IMG/VR virus record: IMGVR_UViG_3300033075_001233
Span: 1-64,000 of that record
Direction: 5' to 3' (one strand)
DNA: 64,000 nt
DNA from: a virus
Taxonomy: Duplodnaviria > Heunggongvirae > Uroviricota > Caudoviricetes
Under the pieces are notes generated by a model. It was not told where the DNA came from, did not search any database, and was given only the letters and a program-made list of their open reading frames with translations. Positions 58,901-64,000 of the stretch are shown piece by piece. Positions within the stretch are counted from its first letter, which is position 1. Each line of letters starts with the position of its first letter. A program made the position numbers and the translations under genes.

Positions 58901-60000
58901 CTAAACGTATAAATAACTCCTTCTTAAACTATATCTTACAGGTAAAAGGTGGATATAATAGAACTCAGATTGAGCAAGTTCTTTTGGATGAGCAAAATGG
59001 AGCAGCTTCCCTGCTTGAAGATTTACAAATTGCCACTAAAAAAGATTCTGTTTTACATTCAATTCTGAAGCAATTCTCCATTGAAAGAAGAGGTAATGAT
59101 GCTAATAGTGTGAAAGCAATTATCTTTAAGAAAAGTGGAAATGATAAATATGACAGAGATACTGATATTGACAATTTTAGAATTTTAAAAGAAAATGCAT
59201 ACACTCAGGAATTATATAAAAAACTGGTGAGAGCAGCTCTTTTACAATCTGGTGTGCAGTATTCTCCTATCTCATACTCACATTTAATACCTTCTGAAGA
59301 CTATGCAAAAGCATTATCTAGTCTTGTGAATAATCTGTCTACATACACTGATCTGGATAAATTCCTCACATCTAAATCATTTGCTAGAAACAACTGGAGC
59401 AATTCAGATGTAGCTAAACCATTGATGATCAGCGAAAAAAGAAAGGGTATATCAGATATGGGTAGAGTGTGGGCTATTCCTTTTATTCTTCCTAAACAGC
59501 TTTCTAAGTTCCCAAAAGGAGCAATAATGAAATCAACAATGTTCTTAGGAGAATACGCTAAGTATCAACCACTTAACTCAATGGGTAGAATGGTTTTTGT
59601 ACCTGATCTTACATATATGATAAATAAAAAGGATGCGTTTGAGAAAAACAATCCTATTTTAACAAAAACATATCTGTATGAACTTGTCAAGGATGAAACG
59701 GGAAAACCTCTTACAATTACAGAAAATTACAAAAATAAGAAAGATGAAGAGGTACAAAGCGTAAGTTATCTGTATAAAGCAATTAATGCTTGGGGAGACG
59801 GTATGTATGCACAAGAGTATTATGATGCTGAACGTTCTTCACAAATTGAAAACAATACATTCAAAGTGGATGAAACAGTTGTAAATGATACAGCTATTTA
59901 TACAGCATTACGTGGAAAATCTGTATCTTTACAGGATAAAAAGACAAAGACTTCTGATAATAAATCAACTCAGGATAAAATAAACGACTGTTTAGGATAA
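46984..60000 (+). CDS. giant protein, 4338 aa, with a C-terminal DPBB-RNAP-like DFDID motif (candidate virion RNA polymerase fused to a large N-terminal region)
   Basis: Uninterrupted 13-kb ORF. SDFDIDKLNAY near residue 3420 gives a DxDxD triad. The N-terminal region has a Gly-zipper hydrophobic segment GVALAGTTFLQGTLGLVYGLGAAAG and there are long coiled-coil tracts in the middle. Confidence 0.6.
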   Translation: MPEDQLPNINSPLEDKLASIQNDWTKSQFSGNGNSQGGDPTSTLLKKMNGVMSAKESYSIPDIVSPNVVDVSGRYPKQLVGWDNEDLYGDAQSGWSQAWRGVVKGVALAGTTFLQGTLGLVYGLGAAAGTGELNKLFNNDFSNAIDDFNKTLENQYLQNYYTKRERDAKWYEPANLFSTNFIFDKFVKNLGFSIGAIYSGAVVAKALRMVPAISSLFTGEKAAATLAQIESKLSTVPALQRTDEMYNMLIKASDAATKAAKFGSGVERTVIGTLGAVTEGGIEALQGLNEYRNSLIDNYIATNGVAPVGDELDKINDLSSSLGNSRFLLNIGLLSATNYIMLPKILGSSYKTSKSLANREINNIVKNQEGKWVSALSQAPRVEKFIRKSTNVAELFFSPTEGFEELSQYAIERGVNDYYSKAYKGEGRSFANSMLAGYDQAINSNEGMEQFLLGALSGGMQQAGIVGTYQNEKGQTKVVIGKSGNIGERGITGTGGERGRNTTSFLAQMNDPKNQMRFKSDTWVKDMVDATARGINLQKEGEAFIRQGDVLEAKDNEADYMHNYLAVRIKHGRYDLVQDDIDNFKQQASTDEGLNVLKQQGYANENDTRQTFLARVNNFEKHAKNIDSLHQSLNMVYGAKINQDGQRVYSDEVIDKMVYVGSKIADYEQRIPELSQQLLSNQIVLGDALSNIYKNGVPSADAVKDAIKQIDDLSVIDSKKDELKQSLRDVIELTGRRKEFLDEFKKLKTSPESFTATEPTTAVATTDKKKIKLKTKDGEEELEIGTDYYLGKVVEKDKDGNEVYRFPQITIVGENEDGTIKVKTSTGLIKDINPSVLEDYKLGKVSDLQNNKKAKFYFDHINDVVEFNFGKGKKQRGRLQFSPKEGVLNFVYKDAKGKIRSIEVTGDQFVPKKGYTNPMISFVRTLTPQEQSDIDNLAKEVDARIEAKREARLKIISELREAAYGRLDKLTDKISQKRDQLEGVEKNLKELEEKLQKDDNFRKDGKGFKKAGKEVIRQLNILSGMRTLLSREIEELTAEQEEVEFNISYFEDMGQNIDELPTDSKDFIEELNNQVLDLQILHEETGKQINYLSGILSKVEDALKTAVDFALNLIQKFEKKYPGLPVAPESLRSFLNKDLEFKGTWPDYQSYLATNPNLLSDLQQFDRELADIDELDVTPNERSVQELKDNIANLNKDLAQYEKEIKAKSAILDKFEDIANEYKRREAAKRQYEQDKVLHDALFKAQSQLVEQPSDDSTDDEIAKIETKDKEASKKKDLSIYPISTIAPSRETDPEFENKPHLLREEKFLNNYAACLLKDENGNDITPDLRVLVIHRNNQAKYGLDGLVELRNPKQADESEEAYDKRLTNAENGTILYLYIKKGEGEWEVIDENGKKIGSFDNEFNPSGIDINKVVTSTAPAAKISLKAGSFTNKDNLNLAEIEKAWLEKRKQLLEEGDLLTVSGVSRGVKQVTSTSDKNPITPTLTDSKTVDKQQVIFVSTSDVINTPNDTIYYKAGRPYFQIGDNVILLNNRNINEKEADAIFLVLKEVATKFQESIKANRPNLDKQLVDWLNSIIYWYSPSEKNPTAHNHQIYVKSGKLFISGVDTGIYFNPDSLEANRKPIIETFLKGNTAGRGTYHHVSHKNLSSDQPYIEYYTEDGKTLKTREHKSYQHYLIANNVVSTNVRPQMSDTDSNIRGRYAITDMELSLPKEDVKPPKVEKKEAVQSSGKPDKLAEAMAALATNKASKQGGNKEQPKAGSVGVGGEVRSVNDFANENESYRVIVGDEAFNDIVESGTVRTNAGNKGGESLSDKLKNRPTLFPSFSKGKASMEYAAENPNNYIIVTEDASIQPSKAGRHGKGTTMFPTDENGNHLKELSGEKVKVYKHIGEGQYVLVYANGKVVEQSIKEQPKASVATPVMSKGLKPTDNVKASIKIDDLLNKFKDQGITGDISNDEEYRRIVEKSIDNVKKEDITAVKAWFAKNLPNVPLNIVEHILKTTDGGFAWGKFSSVGVTMYEKAKEGTGYHEAFEAVWKMFIPVEDKQKITSEMRRRKGSFYDVITGQNTEYKSATDTQLKEKLADEFAEYVQTNGAISEKIKGQPWIIRIFRALKELFEKLISPQNNIDQLFKNINSGQYATKPVNLESVVGDEYSRVADLSHQLTKELMEDITSKILNNFFGANATLSLANLSDNKEIPLDAYYDAIKPMLLNRLMSLANISLGKGEEELALNYLTILDNVNDNWEDVVKLNKEYLKTFGLTSSHEQASDNLPEKVKEAKQAEFEDDNDGIQDDDEPEFEQENKSQLEYDRDIFTISGKKNASAGIRLLFATLRDAKFIRQSKDDVSVIPAIEFERSSLNGFKFVQYARVFNQVANALVNTNKMENLIKKLVNHAKTNAPIVDLLSPNKLNINRTTGKINYNSLSYNEWRILLDFVKTMSKQSPTALIYDMKGNTAKLIPGNKYSGIEQIKRNFVKNVKNNKELFSFDKKKKTFVVNPEFFKKNPTPTNDKAYIDFANSIGIKTVDGELLSLAMLKAMPLFQKAKFKSALSRVYTQLKKQDPLFDTSNKALQIETPLNEISIAIISATKDDGSNTFLNVLRKPVQSVVLNNPLSTFFNNFNSVSSLDDLQKEEQGLTDGFSKNSVILQRGGKFFNEDGDRTDEKIEVGYIDGIKTPRNSKQSSKLSLIQRRLLSFNLNLQGWFVPITNGDKKTEWVLSLGNHISFNQVVAGTHWDSIYSTFHNYLKTEMEVAQVDDANTLSVLDKQKRRGNLRFFLNILPENITKKAKVVIDNLGDIDEFIEENEKNINSAIRKFLEKEASRTRTEFQIYNILSADDNGNYIFDGIDEKFVMDNINDQGVNKFSEEQVDNVILYRTVNQVINNIEMHKLVIGDPAFMSDPAKRIPGAMGGINQTTYGSHEFNTHFSTLANRTDVNSSSIQLEPTDLGYTPFSDDVSIVIYQDVIVEGRVEGSDYKNTNEVDGGSKMNLSAYRELKMRSAEWTDEQEKQYQYQMAFFRDRMSKQGKYDYSSKELKEHDVNLLKQGQPQEGIFEIIKPKGWGQNTASPYKDIVFLKTSAQPIIPTVAKDTNDELLLLKMMNEGIKIAAFESAVKVGVRSTEPAYVDGKFNENKYNPDAILYPSWKDLGIQVETQFSQGKNKLTLGSQLTTLATLNLLSGGVPQGFTATEWSKLSEEERMAKSEIYREVVTNNQILVELTNNGYVELLDKLGIEEDEDGNYEIVDYQRVVDFLKEQARDMDDNTKAALKVDDVLNSLAVPLEAIPTYTQLKAILYSIVDKNIASPKTSGIGLVQMPSTFTENEARTTLVGNSTYKFYTKEESWIEVSLPAWFRDQLEKFYINNKKPIPSEEELLKLLNDADILNGIGFRIPTQEMNSVEVFKIKSFLPKVMGNTIIVPSEITTKAGSDFDIDKLNAYLKNVVITKTGKISKVASFNSQEEAADHFGSEYENSIQKEIDKIEKYDDFRETLLAVFNAIENIKGDITLDKIKKALTEDLKEFYDVHMTLLNEIIDQAAEEQLNPSQYIQNQIDKLSRKKGKLNAKLFNELAKEMYIKKYTRKSLENAYYESLERLVQLPENFERLIQINTTKNLEEIKNNLNKALFTEDEIKQNNINTGEKLALNYLPIISPYTLDEIRHNLVTGKDGVGIAAAAQKSNSIMQRTQVVIDSSRVNLLNDIDPLRTELIGDGVIRFPHNKINGKPTISMSKTADGKKYISDIISEYINGFVDVVKNTFIIEMGVTTRTAGTFLFMDRLGNNTEHTTFFMNQPIIRQYLKFLDANKINPIRNEKTIKQIYSIWGNVKYTGKDTLPTANQLLDNIKEYKVKNRDFNNLSKDFVEEQSKIFNEFLKYQEMASDLFTLMQGINWDTAHMSDPEQFLLKDVKYDKANNTLFTPASEILKNVFIGNTRQKLMDSRDAIGGFIAIEHPNVREVLDTLKRKFISMSFFPKPDVYSAIAKRINNSFLNYILQVKGGYNRTQIEQVLLDEQNGAASLLEDLQIATKKDSVLHSILKQFSIERRGNDANSVKAIIFKKSGNDKYDRDTDIDNFRILKENAYTQELYKKLVRAALLQSGVQYSPISYSHLIPSEDYAKALSSLVNNLSTYTDLDKFLTSKSFARNNWSNSDVAKPLMISEKRKGISDMGRVWAIPFILPKQLSKFPKGAIMKSTMFLGEYAKYQPLNSMGRMVFVPDLTYMINKKDAFEKNNPILTKTYLYELVKDETGKPLTITENYKNKKDEEVQSVSYLYKAINAWGDGMYAQEYYDAERSSQIENNTFKVDETVVNDTAIYTALRGKSVSLQDKKTKTSDNKSTQDKINDCLG

Positions 60001-60015
60001 AACAATAAAATAATT

Positions 60016-63000
60016 ATGGCCTGTCCCAATATAAACTCTCCTCAGTGGAAGGATTTAGTAAGTAAAATAGGTGTATTTGAAGCAATGAGGGAATTCATCA
60101 AAAATGGTGAAGAAATTCCAGATGCTGCAAATTATCAAGAAACATTTTCAGGTATTAATGCTACGTTAACAGTAGTAGGAGCACTCCAGAAAATGACAAG
60201 AAACTCGTATCCTTCTAATCAGGTACAAGGATTTTATAATGACTTGATAAAATTAGGCACACCTAAGAACCAATTAGATTTATTAAAAGACCATATAGAA
60301 AGGAATAATATAAAACAAATCAATGTTAATGATTTGATTGTCAGTATTTTATCTGAAATGAACTACACAATTGAAATTAATACTGCTAAAGAAACACAAA
60401 TTTTACCAACAAGAAAATTAACTGAAGAAGAAGAGTTGGCTGCTCAATATGTAGACCCCTATATGATGGGTGTTCCAAGTAAAGAACAGCAAGTTCCTAC
60501 ACAACACCATGCTAATTTAACTGTACCGGGGGGTACTAATTATACAGAAAATGAAATAGCTACACCAGCTATTGTTCCTTCTATTAAAGGTCATGCACAA
60601 TTTAGTACAGATAATGGTATAGGTTGGTTTAGAAGTGATGATAGGTTGGCTGAAGATACAAAAACTGATAATATTGATGGCACAATAACAGATTATACAG
60701 GATATAATGTAAATAAAATTCCTTCAGGATATACTATATATAATAAAAATAGAGGATGGCTTAGGGATGCTACTGGTAAACCTTTAGATTTTAAAACTGA
60801 AAAAGAAGCAAGTGATTATCTTAATAAGTTAATTAATCAAGGTATAACTAATAATAGTTCTATTATAACTAAAAATGATAAGATTATATTTGGACACCCT
60901 ACTATTGGAAAAAGTTATTTAAAACAAAAAGGAAGTAATGATTTTATAACTTTAGATGATGATTATGCAGATGAAGTAAATGCTTTTATAGATGCTAATA
61001 GAGGTTCTGAAACAAGACAAGAATACAAAGGTAGAAAACCTAAAGAGTATAATGAATTTATGCTTAATCTATTTGATAGATTAAAATTACAAGCAAAAAA
61101 AGAAGGTAAAAGATTATTTGTTTCAAATACTAATATTCTTAAAGAAAGAATGTCTGAATTTGATAAAGTAATTACTATACCTAAAGATGAATTTAAGAAA
61201 AGATTTGATGCTAGGGGAGCTACTTATGGATTTGAAGATTGGAAATCAGATATAGATACTACTATAGCTAAAGTAGATAAATCTAAAGTAATTAGTACAA
61301 CAGGATATTTATCTGATTTATTAGAAGGAAATCCTAAAACTCGTAGAATATTAGAAGTACAATCTGATTTATTTCAAAAAGGTAGAGATAGGGAAGATTT
61401 ATCAAAAGATGCTTGGATAGCTGGAACTAAAGATGGATATTCTGTTTGGGAAAAAGGAAAAGGAAAGATATCTAAAGATTTTACAACTGAAGATGAAGCA
61501 AGAACATTTTTGAAAAATAGTTCTCTAAATTCTGAAAATCAATTCCTACAGCTCCTAAACAAAGACAATAACTGGGTAACATTCTTTGTTAAATCTATTA
61601 TACAAGATAGTGCTAAGAAAGGTTATGAAAAAGTGTTGTTCCCTTCTGGAAATACTGCTGCAAAAGTAGAAGGGCATAGTACATTAGAAACTTTAAAAGA
61701 AATTACACAAGATAGAATTAAAGAATTAAAAAATAATCTTGAACGTACTAAAGATGATGAATGGATTAAAGGAGTTATAGAATATGAATATGAAAATAAT
61801 GAATATGATCCTGAAACAGGTCCAGTAAGGTCTTCCGTTGAACATATTAGAAAAACTCTTGTAAATCGCTATACTTATGAATTAAAAGAAAAAGAAAGAG
61901 AATTAGATGATATTATAAATGGAAGAACTAAGTTAGGAGTTATTCATAGTTTTTATGAAAATACAATAACTAATATCCTTAAAAAAAAAGGATACAATCC
62001 TACTCAAATCACTGATGAATACGGTAATACATGGAATGAAGTAGAAATAAATGAACTTGCAAATAACACTATATTATTTCAAAAACAGGGAATAAAACAA
62101 TCTAAAGCATCTGCAAAAACGATAGCTAAGGTAAAAGAATTCCTCAAAAGAATAGGCGTAGACATACAAGCCCTCGATACAGAACGATATGGAGGTATTA
62201 ATGGTGTTGCCAATTTCTTAGAAGGATTCATACAACTTGCAGAAGGTAAAGAAGATGTTGCTATCACTGAAGAAGCAATGCACTTTCTTGTAGAAATATT
62301 AGAACTTACCAATCCTACATTATTCAAACAAATGATGAATAAGATAGGTAAGTATAACGTATTCTCAAAAGTGATGAAATTATATTCACAAGACTCTAAA
62401 TATCAAACAGATGGAAAACCTGATATTCTTAAGCTTAAAAAAGAAGCTATAGGTAAACTCCTTGCTGAATATTATATACAGTCTGAAGATGGTCAATCTG
62501 AAGCTCCTGATTTGATGATTCAAACAAAATCATGGTGGGAGCAGATCATTGACGCTATTAAGAAATTCCTGAAAATTGCAGATTTTAATCCTTTTCAAGA
62601 AGCATTAGATAGTTTTAATGACTTAAATAACACAAATTCACCTACAAAAATATTAGCTAAAAGGATATTAGATAGTTTGTCAGATGACAATATGTTTAAA
62701 AAAGCCATTAAAGATACATACGATAATGGTGATTATAAAGCTGTAGTAACAACCTTCTATCAACAACTTACAGATAAGTCAGTATTTGGTATGAGTCCTT
62801 ATGAATCTACTGTAAAAATGCTTGGTGGAAATGAAGAATTGGCTAAAGAGATTATATCTTTAGGTAATCCTTTTTATCAATTATCTGAAGAAAATAGAAA
62901 GAAACAAAAAGAAATTTCAGATAAACTTGATCAAAAAATTAAAGATTTTGAGATAAGGAAAGTGACAGGTAAAGCTGAATTTGAAGAGCAAGACGATATA

Positions 63001-64000
63001 AACTACTATGAGTGTAAAAAAGATGGTAAGATAGGTAAGGTGGCAAAGCGTGTAACGGATTTTGTTAAAGAAACAAAACGTCCGGATGTTCTTGCAAAAT
63101 TTGAAAATGCTTCAGCTAAAGAAAAGAACACATATAAGCAAAAAGCAGAACACGGTACAGCATTTCACAACGATGCTGAATCAATCATAAAAGCATCCCT
63201 CACTTCTGATGGATATTTAAAACCTATTGATCAGATTAATGTAGATGCTATCACTCCAAATCTTCCCCAAGCTGGATTTTTAGCATTAAAGAACTATCTC
63301 GTTGGTGAAATAGATAATGAGGGTAATATCATTCCGGGTATATTGTATACACAATTTCCAACAGGAACCCTCTTCAAAGTTGAGCAAATTATCTACGACG
63401 AAAAAAGAGACGTTGCTGGAACAATTGACCTTATGGGTATCACCCCCGAAGGTAAGATAATGATATATGATTGGAAAACCAAATTCCTTGATACAAAGAA
63501 ATTTGACGATGTTCCTTTCTATTCTCAGGCGGATTATAGAATACAGCTTGCTCAGTATAAAGCAATGATGTATAGATATGGATTAAAACCTAAAGAGGAC
63601 GTTATTGTAGCTCAGGCAATTCCTATCATATATAAAGGTAAAATAGACTCCCTAAATGGTGATGTCACCCTTACAGATATAATATTTCCAGAAATAGATA
63701 TAAAACAAGAAACTAGACGTTACCTTCTTCCTGTACCTATTGCTGAACAATCTTCAGGAAATACAAAAGTAGACCAATATATTGATGCACTTAACCAATT
63801 ATATCAGGTTTTGTACAAACAAAAAGATGTAAATAAAGAGCTTAAAAATGAGCAATTAAATGCAATTTCTGGTGCAATTCGTGAATTACAGGTGAAACAA
63901 GAATTTGGTCCTCTTGCAGAACAAGGACTTATTTTCTTAAAAAGTGCAGAACGTGTTATAGAAGATATAAACACTCAACTGAAAAATGAAGATGGTACTT
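60016..64000 (+). CDS. second giant protein (more than 1328 aa, truncated by the window) with P-loop kinase-like and RecB-family PD-(D/E)xK nuclease motifs
   Basis: Walker A IIFGHPTIGKSYLKQKG followed by LDDDYADE and RFDARG (nucleotide/polynucleotide-kinase-like layout). Later GTAFHNDAE, TIDLMGI, IMIYDWKTK and QLAQY map to motifs I, II, III and the QxxxY motif of the RecB/lambda-exo/Cas4 nuclease superfamily. Confidence 0.55.
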   Translation, partial: MACPNINSPQWKDLVSKIGVFEAMREFIKNGEEIPDAANYQETFSGINATLTVVGALQKMTRNSYPSNQVQGFYNDLIKLGTPKNQLDLLKDHIERNNIKQINVNDLIVSILSEMNYTIEINTAKETQILPTRKLTEEEELAAQYVDPYMMGVPSKEQQVPTQHHANLTVPGGTNYTENEIATPAIVPSIKGHAQFSTDNGIGWFRSDDRLAEDTKTDNIDGTITDYTGYNVNKIPSGYTIYNKNRGWLRDATGKPLDFKTEKEASDYLNKLINQGITNNSSIITKNDKIIFGHPTIGKSYLKQKGSNDFITLDDDYADEVNAFIDANRGSETRQEYKGRKPKEYNEFMLNLFDRLKLQAKKEGKRLFVSNTNILKERMSEFDKVITIPKDEFKKRFDARGATYGFEDWKSDIDTTIAKVDKSKVISTTGYLSDLLEGNPKTRRILEVQSDLFQKGRDREDLSKDAWIAGTKDGYSVWEKGKGKISKDFTTEDEARTFLKNSSLNSENQFLQLLNKDNNWVTFFVKSIIQDSAKKGYEKVLFPSGNTAAKVEGHSTLETLKEITQDRIKELKNNLERTKDDEWIKGVIEYEYENNEYDPETGPVRSSVEHIRKTLVNRYTYELKEKERELDDIINGRTKLGVIHSFYENTITNILKKKGYNPTQITDEYGNTWNEVEINELANNTILFQKQGIKQSKASAKTIAKVKEFLKRIGVDIQALDTERYGGINGVANFLEGFIQLAEGKEDVAITEEAMHFLVEILELTNPTLFKQMMNKIGKYNVFSKVMKLYSQDSKYQTDGKPDILKLKKEAIGKLLAEYYIQSEDGQSEAPDLMIQTKSWWEQIIDAIKKFLKIADFNPFQEALDSFNDLNNTNSPTKILAKRILDSLSDDNMFKKAIKDTYDNGDYKAVVTTFYQQLTDKSVFGMSPYESTVKMLGGNEELAKEIISLGNPFYQLSEENRKKQKEISDKLDQKIKDFEIRKVTGKAEFEEQDDINYYECKKDGKIGKVAKRVTDFVKETKRPDVLAKFENASAKEKNTYKQKAEHGTAFHNDAESIIKASLTSDGYLKPIDQINVDAITPNLPQAGFLALKNYLVGEIDNEGNIIPGILYTQFPTGTLFKVEQIIYDEKRDVAGTIDLMGITPEGKIMIYDWKTKFLDTKKFDDVPFYSQADYRIQLAQYKAMMYRYGLKPKEDVIVAQAIPIIYKGKIDSLNGDVTLTDIIFPEIDIKQETRRYLLPVPIAEQSSGNTKVDQYIDALNQLYQVLYKQKDVNKELKNEQLNAISGAIRELQVKQEFGPLAEQGLIFLKSAERVIEDINTQLKNEDGT

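Overview
This 64-kb window looks like part of a tailed dsDNA phage genome. It is AT-rich (about one-third GC by eye), has little intergenic space, and many adjacent genes overlap as TAATG or ATGA stop/start pairs. Two transcription blocks diverge from an intergenic region at about 9.99-10.26 kb.

Left block (1 to about 9.97 kb, almost all on the minus strand): about 20 small ORFs of an early, accessory type. They include a ribbon-helix-helix regulator, a Cys-rich miniprotein, a MIB/HERC2-like domain protein, several small membrane proteins, one free-standing plus-strand HNH endonuclease, and several ORF-free stretches that are less AT-rich than the surrounding DNA.

Right block (10.26 to 64 kb, all on the plus strand), in order:
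- small hypothetical genes, including a membrane HExxH protein and Cys-rich proteins
- a putative small terminase, a large terminase (Walker A VGSRDFGKS) and an 864-aa portal
- an acidic scaffold-like protein and a putative major capsid protein
- a receptor-binding module of Cys/Thr-rich proteins with an embedded lysis pair (holin-like protein plus Amidase_3 endolysin)
- a tail-collar-domain fiber and a Gly-rich fiber, followed by strong terminators
- an SbcD/Mre11-like metallophosphoesterase and several membrane proteins
- a run of very large proteins: 1590 aa; 1181 aa with an SLT lytic-transglycosylase domain; 828 aa; a 4338-aa giant whose C-terminal part carries a DFDID aspartate triad resembling the catalytic motif of crAss-like/DPBB virion RNA polymerases; and a further ORF of more than 1328 aa (truncated by the window) containing a P-loop kinase-like motif and a RecB-family PD-(D/E)xK nuclease motif set.

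The overall architecture fits a crAss-like or N4-like podophage that packages giant cargo proteins, plausibly infecting a Bacteroidota (Flavobacteriia-like) host. That assignment is inference from composition and motifs, not from a database search. No rRNA, confident tRNA, CRISPR array or integrase was seen.
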